From Candidatus Thorarchaeota archaeon (GTDB lineage Archaea > Asgardarchaeota > Thorarchaeia > Thorarchaeales > Thorarchaeaceae): DNA of 64,000 nt. Location: the NCBI GenBank assembly GCA_029858305.1, contig JAOUFI010000001.1, forward strand, positions 160,001 through 224,000, in the 5' to 3' direction. The translations under genes and the position numbers were made by a program. The notes beneath the pieces are model-generated. The model was given only the letters and a program-made list of their open reading frames with translations, had not been told where the DNA came from and ran no database searches. Of the stretch, positions 29,256 to 39,730 are shown one piece after another. Each line of letters begins with the position of its first letter. Positions within the stretch are counted from its first letter, which is position 1.

Positions 29256-29543
29256 ATGAATAAGGTCATAATGGATATACAATTGTTGAAGGTGAGTAAC
29301 ATGAGCTTGCTAGGACCAGATGATTTCGACCTTGATGAAAAAGGAAGAAAAAAGAAACTTGCACATGATCTCTCTCCGGATGTAGCTAAAGAGATTGAAA
29401 AATGGCTTGAGAAAATCGATACTCCTCTCGCATTTGAGAAAATTGCGGAACTGATAGGACCGGAAGAGGCTAAGAGGCTGATTGGAGAGCGTACAAGACA
29501 CGGGAGAAGAATAAAACCGGGAGACCCTTGGGCTCTAGAATGA
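29256..29543 (+). CDS. Hypothetical protein
   Basis: 95 aa charged ORF; start may be at MSLLGPDD after GGTGA. Confidence 0.55.
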   Translation: MNKVIMDIQLLKVSNMSLLGPDDFDLDEKGRKKKLAHDLSPDVAKEIEKWLEKIDTPLAFEKIAELIGPEEAKRLIGERTRHGRRIKPGDPWALE

Positions 29544-29676
29544 AAGGAGAATAATATGACACGTGATTGATGATACAAAGTATGGGAGAACACCTCGCAC
29601 TTATATCAGGGTGACTAATATAGAGAGAGGAACAATTAGGCAGAGCCACACAAGTGTAGTAGATTCACCGATATGA

Positions 29677-29955
29677 TCAATCTTTCTTGTTTTCCCAGAA
29701 GACTTTGGCCTCTTCTTCAAGCTTGTCGAGACGATCATAATAATCAGGAAATTCATTGAGGTGAGCAAACGCAATCTTTCCTGTCGTTAGAGAATCATCA
29801 TTCGTAACATTGGTAACTCTGTTGCGTTTACCATGCTCGAGTTCAACATCCATCCCCTTTCTAAGTTGCTCAACATCAAATCTATCCCATTTTATACCGA
29901 GCTTTTCACCTATAATTTTGGCTTCTGCTATTGTGAAGGATTTCTTTGAAGGCAT
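29677..29955 (-). CDS. DUF5661-like small protein
   Basis: GMDVELEHG...TGKIAFAHLNEFPDYYDRL. Confidence 0.75.
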   Translation of the reverse strand: MPSKKSFTIAEAKIIGEKLGIKWDRFDVEQLRKGMDVELEHGKRNRVTNVTNDDSLTTGKIAFAHLNEFPDYYDRLDKLEEEAKVFWENKKD

Positions 29956-30022
29956 ACACGAATCGCGTACAAACTGGGCTTTAGCATTTTGGAGTAAGAA
30001 TATCATAGGAAATGTGAAGAAA

Positions 30023-30047
30023 AAGTGGATTCCCAGGCGAGATTTGA
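30023..30047 (-). repeat. att-like copy of the tRNA-Thr 3' end (intron-less form)
   Basis: aagtggattcccaggcgagatttga versus tRNA aagtggagccccaggcgagatttg (30467-30490); 2 mismatches in 24 nt. Confidence 0.8.
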
Positions 30048-30148
30048 TAGGAGGACTTTCGCGTTCTAATATAATTTCTTGCGTTGTGCGAAATCAGCAA
30101 TAAGCAGCAATCAGGTTTCGGAACTATTGATTAAAAGAGGAAAGAAGA

Positions 30149-30463
30149 ATGAGAACGAATTTAAAAATCACAGTTGTGAAAACATTCACTCCTGAGGATG
30201 TATTTGGTCCAAATCACGGTATTACAAGAAATGGTCAACCATTTATTCCATGTGATCATAAGGAGGGCGAAGAGTTTATTGTAAACAATCAATATGAGAA
30301 ACCAGAGGGATTCTGTGAGCGAGCTTGGCAGGATCTCTATTCAACAATAATGGTCTATTATCATGGTGGGGACTATAGATTTCCCTCGCCTGGAGCAACA
30401 TACCAGCCATGCGGGGACGGAGTAAACCCTGTTGTCTTCAAGATAGAGAAGCTGGAAGATTGA
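30149..30463 (+). CDS. TIGR04076 family protein
   Basis: KITVVK...C...G.EF...PEGFCERAW...CGDGVNPVVFKIE. Confidence 0.8.
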   Translation: MRTNLKITVVKTFTPEDVFGPNHGITRNGQPFIPCDHKEGEEFIVNNQYEKPEGFCERAWQDLYSTIMVYYHGGDYRFPSPGATYQPCGDGVNPVVFKIEKLED

Positions 30464-30469
30464 AAGAAG

Positions 30470-30577
30470 TGGAGCCCCAGGCGAGATTTGTTCCACGTTG
30501 AGAGAATCTCAGCGTGTTTGAACTCGCGGCCTCCTCCTTACCAAGGAGGCGATCTAACCGGTCTAAGCTACTGGGGC
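30470..30577 (-). tRNA. tRNA-Thr(GGT) with a 30-nt T-loop intron (58/59; 30488-30517)
   Basis: GCCCCAG/CTGGGGC acceptor; CCTCC-TTGGTAA-GGAGG; BHB helix GTTC/GAAC with 3-nt bulges. Confidence 0.92.
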
Positions 30578-30667
30578 TTTTCTATGACATCCACAAAAAG
30601 AGGTGTCATTCGGATTTCGCTTGAGGAGTAGAGATAAAGATTTCGTCTATGTCAAATTTGGAAAATA

Positions 30668-31282
30668 CTAACGCCACTGAATCTTGGCTAGAAGCGGTGT
30701 CAGCGCCCGAGTGGCCTTGGCTCCCTTGAATCTAGCTATTGCAGTGAGAGGCACTTCTGAATCCAAGCCCAGCTGCATAAGACTCGGGCAATCGAACAGA
30801 CCAGATATATCCAAAGAGACCAGTTCGTTCTTAGTAAGGGTCAGGTTCCGTAGTTTCTTACATTTTTTAAGAGCTGAGAGATCTATACTCTCAAGTTTAT
30901 TTTCATAGAGGTGGAGAGCTTTCAAACTCTTGCAACCTCCAAGGGGAGTAAGATCAAGAGTTCTGAGATTATTGAATGAGAGATCCAAATGCATCAGGTT
31001 GGTGCATCCTTCCAAAGGGGAGAGGTCAATGACTTCGAGCTCATTGCTCCCGAGGTTGAGTTCTAGTAGATTGCCATTGCCGTGAAGGACTGAGAGGTCA
31101 AGGCTTTGAATCTCATTTCCGGAGAGTGTCAATACTTCAAGATTTGGAAATTGGGCAAGTGGAGTGAGATCAATTGAGCCGATTCTCTTATCGCCGAGAT
31201 TGATTGATGTTGTGTTTGAGTCAAACCGTTCTACTACTTTTCCACCTTTCTTTGTTTCACTCCAGATGGTGATTTCTTCCAT
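30668..31282 (-). CDS. Leucine-rich repeat protein
   Basis: About six 22-aa repeats LxxLxLxxNxLxxIDLSPL. Confidence 0.92.
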   Translation of the reverse strand: MEEITIWSETKKGGKVVERFDSNTTSINLGDKRIGSIDLTPLAQFPNLEVLTLSGNEIQSLDLSVLHGNGNLLELNLGSNELEVIDLSPLEGCTNLMHLDLSFNNLRTLDLTPLGGCKSLKALHLYENKLESIDLSALKKCKKLRNLTLTKNELVSLDISGLFDCPSLMQLGLDSEVPLTAIARFKGAKATRALTPLLAKIQWR

Positions 31283-31430
31283 TTATGATACATCCATGTA
31301 TCCTGCGCACCCGCTGCTTAATAATTTGGTAGGGTCTGAAACACAAGGATTTTCAAAAATTCTAGAGGATTATATTGATATTGTTGATTCAAGTCTGATT
31401 TTGTTGCGGCGGTATTGAAGAATCGACTCA

Positions 31431-32402
31431 ATGCCAAGGTGGTTGAAAATGCATCATAGTGTGAATCAAGGATCGCTTGAGATTGTCAAAGAGATTCTTG
31501 ATAGGAAAAACGAACTCATCTGTAGTGTGAAGGAGATGAAATCAGGAACAACGCTCATCGATGCAGGTATCCAGTGCAAAGGGAGCGTGGAACTTGGTAG
31601 ACTTATCGGAGAAACTTGCCTTGGCGGATTGGGGGTGGTCAGAATAACGAGGATGATTATTGGTGATTTGGACTTACCTGCAGTCATAGTCAGTGTGGAA
31701 CGTCCAAAGATTGGAACGCTTGCGTCGCAATATGCTGGCTGGAGCATAAGAATAGGTGGAAATTATGCTCTGGGTTCAGGTCCAGCTAGAGCCTTGGCGA
31801 GAGTGGAAAAGAGCCTTTACGAAGAAATAGGCTATCAAGATACATCAAAAAAGAGCGTGATTATACTCGAAACTAGAGAGATGCCTACTGAAGAGGTGGT
31901 AGAGCACATTGCAAAAAAATGCGGAATTACTTCATCCAATCTGTATTGTATCGTAGTACCAACCGCGAGCATAGCTGGTTCAGTTCAAATATCCTCTAGA
32001 ATAGTTGGAGTAGGACTTCACAAGCTTCGACATATTGGATTTGACCTAGAAAGAATAAGAAGAGGTCATGGGGTGGCTCCAATTGCACCGGTGGAAAAGC
32101 ACGATAATAAGGCGATGGGAGTTACCAATGATTGCATACGCTACGGCGGGAGAACCTTTTATCATATAAGCACAGATAGTGATGATTTGCAAGATATTGT
32201 AGAGAGAGTTCCAGCATCCACTTCAACCCATTACGAACAATCCTTCAATGACTTGTTCAAGAATGCCAGCTTTGATTTCTATAAATTAGACCCACTAATC
32301 TTCGGTCCTGCCGAGGTTACATTTAATCACATCGAGAGTGGAAAAATATACCAGGCCGGAGGAGTGAATCCCGACATTCTTCGACACTCTTTTGGCATAT
32401 GA
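31431..32402 (+). CDS. mch: Methenyltetrahydromethanopterin cyclohydrolase
   Basis: CLGGLG, SQYAGW, GSGPARAL, PTASIAGSVQISSR, GVTND...YGG, DFYKLDP..FGPA. Confidence 0.92.
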   Translation: MPRWLKMHHSVNQGSLEIVKEILDRKNELICSVKEMKSGTTLIDAGIQCKGSVELGRLIGETCLGGLGVVRITRMIIGDLDLPAVIVSVERPKIGTLASQYAGWSIRIGGNYALGSGPARALARVEKSLYEEIGYQDTSKKSVIILETREMPTEEVVEHIAKKCGITSSNLYCIVVPTASIAGSVQISSRIVGVGLHKLRHIGFDLERIRRGHGVAPIAPVEKHDNKAMGVTNDCIRYGGRTFYHISTDSDDLQDIVERVPASTSTHYEQSFNDLFKNASFDFYKLDPLIFGPAEVTFNHIESGKIYQAGGVNPDILRHSFGI

Positions 32403-32411
32403 ATTGGAACA

Positions 32412-33932
32412 CTACGTAACATCCATCTTCTCAACCTCTTCACTCTCTTTCTTATCTGCCTCAATTACAACTTCAGCCACTGGAATAGGATTCTTGAAAG
32501 CTTCTCGTATCATCATTGTTGCTGCAAGGGAGATGATTGCACAGAGTAGTAGAGTCAGTGTAAACCCTCCAGACTGAGGGAGCAACCAACCAAAGAAAGC
32601 AATGAGAGGCATTGAAACCACCATTACTAGAGTGGGCTGTAAGGAATACATTGAGTTTCGAATTCGATTAGGTACTACATCAAGCATGACTCTCTGGGTG
32701 AGAATATCTGCTATTGCACCAAACATATTCAGAGCAACGAAGAGTATGAAAATGAGTGCCACGGGAATAATTGTCTGAACAGGGATTTCTATCAAAGGCA
32801 GACTCGTAAATGGAATGAAGACGCTAATGAATTCTGTAGTTTCTGGATCAGCCCCGGGAAAAATATACACAATCGCAGCAAGAACAAGATAGAAGATGAC
32901 ACCAGTAAACTGAAGCAGCCTAAATCGCGGAATCCATTTCTTCGGATCGAACCGTTTTGCGATTACACCACTTCTCTCGTTTGCAAGAGCCTGTGGTAGA
33001 AAGACAAGTGTACGAAATGCAGAAACTGCTACCATTGTGACAAGATAGCTGAAGTAGAGCGGGAATAAAATCAGGTTCCACCAAACTGGTCCTGTGCTCC
33101 ACAACACCACACCACCAAGAATTAGATAGGTGACAAATCGACTTGACCACAGAAACCTGAACCCGTCTTTAAGCAGAGACCCATACTCTGCAATAGTTGG
33201 ACGTTTTTCTTGCTCCTTCCGGACTCCAGGCAGGTCTCTGATTAATCTGAACACTACTAATGCAAGAAGAATAGCAAAAACTGCTTGGAGATTGAAGACC
33301 CACTGTTCACCATAGAACCATGCAAGCCATGAACCAGGAAGGAGAACAAGTGTTGATGATACCTGCCAGACCATGCCCATCCGACCCCAAAACACGCCGT
33401 ACATCTTTCGGTCCTTATCCTGAGGCATTGCTACTCTATAGTTGTTATCAAACCAAGCATTGAACGCGCCACTCTCCTGTGAGGATCCTAGACCAAACAG
33501 GAAATAGATTATCACATAGAGGTAGAAAGGCGCAGGTGTATCTTTGACAATCTGAGCAGAGAGCCAGAACGCTGCGGCATAGCATAGAAGAGCTGAGGAT
33601 ATCACATATCTTTGCCCAATCCAATCACCTAACACGCCTGTAGGATAATCAAGGACAGTCTGCACTGCCATTTGAATGACAACAAGGATTCCAACAAGCG
33701 TGAGCCCGGCAAAGTAGTCACCATTACCAAGAGACTCTGCAATGAAGATCATCCAGAATGTGGTGCTTATTTGAAAGCTTGCTGCAAAGGAGGGAAGTAA
33801 GACTGATAGAATCTTCACTAATCGAGCAGCATCGGATGTGGCTCCTTCTAGACCAAACATGCGAGCGTATCGGCTTGATACTATCTCAGGTTGTTCAATC
33901 TCAGATTCTACAGTCATAGGCATCGTCAGCAC
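32412..33932 (-). CDS. MFS transporter
   Basis: DYPTGVLGDWIGQR, SGAFNAW, about 12 TM segments. Confidence 0.85.
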   Translation of the reverse strand: MLTMPMTVESEIEQPEIVSSRYARMFGLEGATSDAARLVKILSVLLPSFAASFQISTTFWMIFIAESLGNGDYFAGLTLVGILVVIQMAVQTVLDYPTGVLGDWIGQRYVISSALLCYAAAFWLSAQIVKDTPAPFYLYVIIYFLFGLGSSQESGAFNAWFDNNYRVAMPQDKDRKMYGVFWGRMGMVWQVSSTLVLLPGSWLAWFYGEQWVFNLQAVFAILLALVVFRLIRDLPGVRKEQEKRPTIAEYGSLLKDGFRFLWSSRFVTYLILGGVVLWSTGPVWWNLILFPLYFSYLVTMVAVSAFRTLVFLPQALANERSGVIAKRFDPKKWIPRFRLLQFTGVIFYLVLAAIVYIFPGADPETTEFISVFIPFTSLPLIEIPVQTIIPVALIFILFVALNMFGAIADILTQRVMLDVVPNRIRNSMYSLQPTLVMVVSMPLIAFFGWLLPQSGGFTLTLLLCAIISLAATMMIREAFKNPIPVAEVVIEADKKESEEVEKMDVT

Positions 33933-34013
33933 TTATTCCATATATGGCTTAATACTTGGGCAGTAAACAAGTCTTTTATCAAGTAATCTCTCAACAATCA
34001 AGAGCGGTGCAAT

Positions 34014-34295
34014 ATGACAAGAATCACTGTTCGTTTTCGGGGACCCATTGCAGGACGCATCACAGGGGGTGGTGTGGAGGTTGAGCTTCAAAAAAGCACT
34101 ACCATAGGTGAACTACTAAACCAAGTGATGAAGCAAGTACCATACCTCCAAACTATATGGAACAGTCCTACTGAGATTGACCGAGACTCTATGATACTGT
34201 GTAATGAAGTAGATATAGGAATAGGAGGCGGGCTCAGTTCAATAGTAAATGATGGAGATGTCCTTACCATTTTGCCTCTTGTTCATGGCGGTTAG
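34014..34295 (+). CDS. MoaD/ThiS/Urm1-like ubiquitin-fold protein (SAMP)
   Basis: Beta-grasp pattern; C-terminal DGDVLTILPLVHGG. Confidence 0.88.
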   Translation: MTRITVRFRGPIAGRITGGGVEVELQKSTTIGELLNQVMKQVPYLQTIWNSPTEIDRDSMILCNEVDIGIGGGLSSIVNDGDVLTILPLVHGG

Positions 34296-34816
34296 ATGAA
34301 CCTCTCGCCTGCATGAATTGCTTCAGTGTTGACTTTAAGAGCCTTCGGAGGAACAAATTCAACGAGTGTCTTTTCCAGAACATCAATCGGGAACAAATCT
34401 GCCTTCTTTACAAGAGCTCCGAGCATTACCATGTTTGCCACGAGCCGAAGACCAAGTTCATCAGCAGATCTCATGGCGGGAATCTCTATGACCTCAAACC
34501 CTTCTATTTTGTTGGTTTTCACTAAATCTGGATCAGCAAGAACAATACTTCCCTTCTTTGCACCACCAATGTAGAGATCTAGAGCCTTCTGAGACATGGC
34601 AACAAAGTAGTCAGATTGGCGTACCTTTGGATAATGAATCGGTTGATCACTAATTATTACTTCGCTTTTTGCAGCTGTTCCACGGGCTTCAGGACCGTAA
34701 CTTTGGCTCTGCACAGCCTTGAGATTTCCATAGACAACAGCTGCATGCCCGAGAATTACACCTGCAAGGACCACTCCCATTCCTCCGGTGCCAGCAATCC
34801 GAATCTCTGTTCTCAT
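34292..34816 (-). CDS. korC: 2-oxoacid:ferredoxin oxidoreductase gamma subunit
   Basis: IRIAGTGGMG, QSYGPEARG, ANMVMLG. Confidence 0.88.
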   Translation of the reverse strand: MRTEIRIAGTGGMGVVLAGVILGHAAVVYGNLKAVQSQSYGPEARGTAAKSEVIISDQPIHYPKVRQSDYFVAMSQKALDLYIGGAKKGSIVLADPDLVKTNKIEGFEVIEIPAMRSADELGLRLVANMVMLGALVKKADLFPIDVLEKTLVEFVPPKALKVNTEAIHAGERFI

Positions 34817-34822
34817 CGGAGC

Positions 34823-35662
34823 CTATTCCTCCAGATTTGCATAGATTGCTCTCATTGAGTCAATGAACTCTATCTCATCTCGGTCTGCAAAAACTCCAAG
34901 GTCGATACCATCTCTTGTTGGAATTTTTAGGTCAACAGGAGCGTCTTTCTTACGTACAGGATATTTCTTGAACCAAGCAATCATTTCTTCAGGAGTACTA
35001 GTGCCAGTCTTCCGACCATAAGATGTTGGGCATTGTGAGATGATTTCAACAAAGGTGAATCCTTTTTTCTCAAGTGCTGTTCTGATTGCACGTGCTGCTT
35101 GAACGGGATGAGCTGTCGTCCATCTGGCAACATAATTAGCTCCAGCCGCAGCAACCAGACGCGAGATGTCGAATGGACGCTCCGGATTGCCGTAAGGAGA
35201 TGTGCTAGTCCGGTCTCCTGTGAAGGTTGTAGGACCCACTTGGCCCCCTGTCATACCATAGATGTAGTTGTTCACGCAAATCACAGTCATATCGATGTTC
35301 CGTCGGGCAGCATGGATGAGGTGATTTCCACCGATAGCAGCCAAGTCGCCATCCCCGCTAATCACGACCACTTTGAGTTCTGGATTAGCCAGCTTCAATC
35401 CTGTGGCAAACGCAATAGCTCTTCCATGAGTTGTGTGAAGTGTATCTGCTTTGAAATAGGGTGATGTGATCCAAGAACTGCAACCAATTCCTGAAACAAA
35501 TGTAAACTTGCTAAGATCCTCATGACCTAAATCTTTCACTGCTTTAATGAAAGAGTTGGTGACCTCTCCAGCTCCGCACCCGCTACAAAAAGTACTTGGC
35601 AGGCTCTCTTGACGTAAGTACTGCAGCGCAAAGTGTTTTGAAGTTGATGTCAACACATTCAC
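34823..35662 (-). CDS. korB: 2-oxoacid:ferredoxin oxidoreductase beta subunit
   Basis: FCSGCG, SGIGCS, HTTHGRA, GDGD..AIGGNH, NNYIYGMTGGQ. Confidence 0.92.
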   Translation of the reverse strand: MNVLTSTSKHFALQYLRQESLPSTFCSGCGAGEVTNSFIKAVKDLGHEDLSKFTFVSGIGCSSWITSPYFKADTLHTTHGRAIAFATGLKLANPELKVVVISGDGDLAAIGGNHLIHAARRNIDMTVICVNNYIYGMTGGQVGPTTFTGDRTSTSPYGNPERPFDISRLVAAAGANYVARWTTAHPVQAARAIRTALEKKGFTFVEIISQCPTSYGRKTGTSTPEEMIAWFKKYPVRKKDAPVDLKIPTRDGIDLGVFADRDEIEFIDSMRAIYANLEE

Positions 35663-35760
35663 CTATGTCCACTGAGATAGCGGCCTGCAGAGCCTAATAA
35701 TCCATTCTCTATAGACCTTAGCTATCTCGCGCGATCATGAGTGTCCGATTCTTTCTAATT

Positions 35761-36447
35761 TCAAAAAACTGCTGTTAGTTGTGGGGCTTCTTCCGCTTTG
35801 ATCTTTCTTTCCCTATGATACCAAGGATTAGTCAGCGCTAATGCACCTACGACCATGGAAATAGTGAGAAGAACGTCAGGGATGTAGAAAAAGGGAGTAG
35901 AGATGAGCGGGACTCGCATAACTTGGCTGGCCATTCCAAACAAGACAGAGATGATCATTAGATCACTTCTTACCTCTCTTAGACGTCCGGTTCTCCATGT
36001 TACTACGAAAGTGAACACCATCATGATGCCAAGGCCTATAATCACGGGAATGGTCATTATCATAACGAATTGCTCAGTGACTCCAAAGAGTGCAATTGAC
36101 ACCCAATAAATCAGAAGTATGTACACGAGACGATTATGATATTTCTGAATCGAAGGAGCCCATATTTGAAGGAGTGCTCCTAGAACTGGAACTGTTGCAC
36201 CACTGATGATGACTGATCGAAGACGGAAGAGCTCCATTGATGGCGCAAGTACTCCGAGATTCGGAAGGGTCAGTATAATCATGTTGAGCGTCTGACTCAC
36301 AAAAGATATCGCGAAGACTAGAGGCAAGTCTGTAAGAAGGCGTACTTCTTGGCGATACCATTGCCTTCCAAGATATACACTGATTACTCCAGAGAATAAA
36401 ATCGTCGCAATACTTGAAACTAATACTAATTCAGCGCCTGCTTGCAT
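35761..36447 (-). CDS. Hypothetical membrane protein with about 7 TM segments
   Basis: 228 aa, about seven hydrophobic segments. Confidence 0.7.
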   Translation of the reverse strand: MQAGAELVLVSSIATILFSGVISVYLGRQWYRQEVRLLTDLPLVFAISFVSQTLNMIILTLPNLGVLAPSMELFRLRSVIISGATVPVLGALLQIWAPSIQKYHNRLVYILLIYWVSIALFGVTEQFVMIMTIPVIIGLGIMMVFTFVVTWRTGRLREVRSDLMIISVLFGMASQVMRVPLISTPFFYIPDVLLTISMVVGALALTNPWYHRERKIKAEEAPQLTAVF

Positions 36448-36450
36448 TTT

Positions 36451-37410
36451 CTATACCTCATTATTCATTCTATTAACTGAAATACCATCTTCTGTTTCCG
36501 CTATGTTCACATGACCAATTAGTTTCTGCCAACGGTCGGTTACCTGTTCAATCTTGTATTTCCAAAGGAATAATCCCAGTGGGACAAAAATAAGGAAGAA
36601 CATCAGTAATGTAGTGATCATTAATTCGCCATTTGAAAAGGCCAAGTCTGGACCTTGAATCACTGGTTCTGGACCAATCTTGAAGTTCTCGCTGGAAAAA
36701 TTGATGATCGTGTGAATTGTTATTGGGCCAATCAGAGAACTTGCAGAACTAAACCGCTCATAATAGATACCAAAGAACATCCCAAGCAGCATTGTAAAGA
36801 ACACCATAGAAGCTACTTGACCAAGAACATCTGTGCCACCATTGATAATTGGCCATCCAGCATGCCAGAAACCGAAGATGGTGGCAGATAGCACGATTGA
36901 AGCAATTGGAGCCATTCTTGTCTTGAATGCGTTTAGGAGAAGACCGCGGAACAAGGTTTCTTCAAGAAAGGCGTTTGTCAAGAAGAAGAGGAATGTGTAC
37001 CCAAGAAGTTCCTGATTCAGAATGTGGAGTTCCAGGGGGTAGGTCGAGTCAAGGAAGAGTGCGTATACAATCGACCCACCAAAATCGATACCAACAGCGA
37101 ATATTATCCCTATTAGAAGACCCACAACAAATTGGGATTGTATTCTATCTCGAGATAGACCAAGCACTGACTCGATTTCTGTTGGACGATATTTCAAGAA
37201 GATAATTAAGATTATCAAAAACGGGAACAATTTTGAAGGGAAAATATTCACCCAAGTGTCCCCAAGACCCAATACAAATTGATCAATAATTCTCCAGATA
37301 ACTGCTATTAGTAGCATTATTCCACCTAATTTGATAAGGCCGATTGATGCAGAAGGTGATACTTCCTGTTTGGTTGGTTCAATTAGTTCTTGGGTCTGTG
37401 TTGTTGCCAT
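36451..37410 (-). CDS. CPBP family intramembrane metalloprotease (CAAX protease/Abi)
   Basis: EETLFRG, FGFWH, IHTIIN. Confidence 0.9.
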   Translation of the reverse strand: MATTQTQELIEPTKQEVSPSASIGLIKLGGIMLLIAVIWRIIDQFVLGLGDTWVNIFPSKLFPFLIILIIFLKYRPTEIESVLGLSRDRIQSQFVVGLLIGIIFAVGIDFGGSIVYALFLDSTYPLELHILNQELLGYTFLFFLTNAFLEETLFRGLLLNAFKTRMAPIASIVLSATIFGFWHAGWPIINGGTDVLGQVASMVFFTMLLGMFFGIYYERFSSASSLIGPITIHTIINFSSENFKIGPEPVIQGPDLAFSNGELMITTLLMFFLIFVPLGLFLWKYKIEQVTDRWQKLIGHVNIAETEDGISVNRMNNEV

Positions 37411-37620
37411 TAAAAAGACCTCTACACTTCAATGGGTCTACATGTCATGATTGTCCATACAATTTAAGCACCGATATACTCGACCTCCAAATGATACGCA
37501 TTCATTCGTCATACTAGATTGTTCTCTTGTGTTTTGGCGGATTCAGACTCTATCAGCAATTTTAAAACAGCAAACCCGCAGCCCTCAATTCCAAAGCTAC
37601 TGCTTTAGTGGTGAAACTGA

Positions 37621-38055
37621 ATGTCAGATGTCGCAGCTATGAGAGCCTTCAACCGTGAATTAGCAGCGGTTGTCGGTGCAACAATTGAAGTAACAACAAA
37701 GGAAGGTAAGACCTACCAAGGAACTCTGAAAGGTATTGATCAAACTACTCTAAGCATCGTCTTGTCTGATGTTGCTGTTGTAGGTGGTGGAGCTAATATC
37801 CCAAAACTCTTCATCTATGGAAGTAGTATCAGTGCATTCTCTGTAGCGCAGAAAGAGATTAGTCTAGAAGGTCTTGCCAAGGAACTTGAGAAGACATTCC
37901 CACCAGGTGGTGTGAATTTCTATCCTGAGACTGGCGTGATCGTTGTCATGAACAAGATCAGAATTACACCAGAGGGTGTGGATGGATCAGGACCTCTGTA
38001 TGAACGTGTAGCAGCTATTGCTGATGAATGGTTAAAAGAACATGGTCTTGCATGA
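37621..38055 (+). CDS. Sm-like protein with C-terminal domain (SmAP3 type)
   Basis: Sm1 motif GKTYQGTLKGID...IVL; Sm2 LFIYGSSI; about 60-aa extension. Confidence 0.85.
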   Translation: MSDVAAMRAFNRELAAVVGATIEVTTKEGKTYQGTLKGIDQTTLSIVLSDVAVVGGGANIPKLFIYGSSISAFSVAQKEISLEGLAKELEKTFPPGGVNFYPETGVIVVMNKIRITPEGVDGSGPLYERVAAIADEWLKEHGLA

Positions 38056-38167
38056 ATAAGAATCATGAACAGAAACTGAAATGGAAGAAATCTCAAGTCA
38101 TATCTAGGCCAAACTAGGTATAATGCTGCGACGGCGGATTGTCTGGAGTCATTCACCAAAATATGAA

Positions 38168-39424
38168 TTACAAGAGCTTTCGTAGACCGAGCTCTTCAAG
38201 ATCCTTCTTTTTAACCTCTTCACTGTGCTTACGCCCAGAGAGCGTACGCTCAAGGGGTTTTAGACGGTCTTCCCATGTTGCACGAGCAGATTCTGGGACC
38301 TTGCCAAATGCCTTTGTTCTTGCTTGAGTGGATCCCAGAGTTTCTTTTTTAGATCCAATGATCCCATACTCAGCAAGACGTTTTGTTGCTACAGAGATTC
38401 CGGATTCTTCTTTCGACCGTGGAAGTAGTTGAGGGCTTTTCACTCCTGTAAGAATAAGCATAACACGCAAAACACCACCTAGTCGAGGATCAACGCGGGC
38501 ACCCCAAATGACATTGGCATCCAGACTCATCTTTTCAGAGACCAGTTCACCAACTTTGTTGGCTTCTGCAAGACTCATGTCAGGGCCACCTGTGATATGT
38601 ATCAGTGCTCCGGTAGCTCCATTCCACTCTACTTCAAGCAATGGACTATTCAGAGCATTCTTGATTGCTTCATGAGATCGATCGGGTCCTGTAGCCTCTC
38701 CGAGACCAACAAGAGCGACCCCGCCATTACAGATTATCGAACGAACATCAGCATAGTCCAAATTAATCAGACTGGGCATAGTGATGGTTTCAGTGATTCC
38801 CTTTACCATGTTTGCAAGGACCTCATCACCGACACCAAATGCTTCCTCTAGGGGAAGATCGGGAACAAGTTCCATTAACTTCTGATTGTCAATTACAACT
38901 GCAGTATCAACATTCTCCTGTAGACGCGCAAGACCAGCTTTGGCCTTATCTATTCGAGTTCTCTCGAGACTGAAAGGCATTGTCACAACGCCCACTACGA
39001 TGGCATCATTGTTCTTAGCAATCTCTGCAACAACAGGGGCGCTTCCTGTACCTGTACCACCACCTAAGCCTGCAGCAATGAAGACCAAGTCCGCATCACG
39101 AAGCAATTCTGTCAATTGTCCAGCAGACTCCTCTGCTGCAGCCTTTCCAACATGGGGATAACCCCCAGCTCCTAATCCACGGGTAATCCTCTCGCCAATG
39201 AGGAGCTTTCTATGGGCTGTTGTGACAGCTAGGTGTTGTCGGTCTGTGTTAATTGCTATACACTCTGCACCCTGCACTCCTATGGTCATGAGACGTTTTA
39301 TTGTGTTATTTCCAGCGCCTCCACAACCCACAACAACGATTCGTGCCTGCCCTACATCTCGTGTTGTTGAGGATCCTCGCTCGATACGACTGTGTTCACG
39401 TGCAGAATCAATGAACGACTTCAT
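38168..39424 (-). CDS. ftsZ: Cell division protein FtsZ (FtsZ2-type context)
   Basis: [33 protein letters not shown]. Confidence 0.97.
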   Translation of the reverse strand: MKSFIDSAREHSRIERGSSTTRDVGQARIVVVGCGGAGNNTIKRLMTIGVQGAECIAINTDRQHLAVTTAHRKLLIGERITRGLGAGGYPHVGKAAAEESAGQLTELLRDADLVFIAAGLGGGTGTGSAPVVAEIAKNNDAIVVGVVTMPFSLERTRIDKAKAGLARLQENVDTAVVIDNQKLMELVPDLPLEEAFGVGDEVLANMVKGITETITMPSLINLDYADVRSIICNGGVALVGLGEATGPDRSHEAIKNALNSPLLEVEWNGATGALIHITGGPDMSLAEANKVGELVSEKMSLDANVIWGARVDPRLGGVLRVMLILTGVKSPQLLPRSKEESGISVATKRLAEYGIIGSKKETLGSTQARTKAFGKVPESARATWEDRLKPLERTLSGRKHSEEVKKKDLEELGLRKLL

Positions 39425-39606
39425 TCTCCAACAACCTCACTAATCTTCTCCTTTTGGAACATATTTTGGTCCCAGAGTTCTCGTTTCAGGAGGTCACGGA
39501 TGGCAATTCGGATTGCCTCTGATCGATTAGGATAGAGACCATTGTCAACCAATTGCCGGATATCATCAAGAATTCTTTCGGGCAAGTGCACTGCTATAAG
39601 TCGCAT
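39421..39606 (-). CDS. cdrS: Ribbon-helix-helix regulator, CdrS-like
   Basis: MRLIAVHLP...[18 protein letters not shown]; overlaps the ftsZ start by 4 nt. Confidence 0.85.
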   Translation of the reverse strand: MRLIAVHLPERILDDIRQLVDNGLYPNRSEAIRIAIRDLLKRELWDQNMFQKEKISEVVGE

Positions 39607-39647
39607 ATCGAGTCCTCTATGCAAGTGAGGAACTAGTGGGATATGGA

Positions 39648-39666
39648 TATGTGTAATACTCACATA
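39648..39666. promoter_or_regulatory. Inverted repeat upstream of cdrS-ftsZ; possible RHH operator
   Basis: TATGTG-TAATACT-CACATA. Confidence 0.3.
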
Positions 39667-39730
39667 CGGATAATATCTTGAAAATAAAATAAAGGAAGAA
39701 GAGAAGAGTATCCTCTTCTCTAGTCTATGC

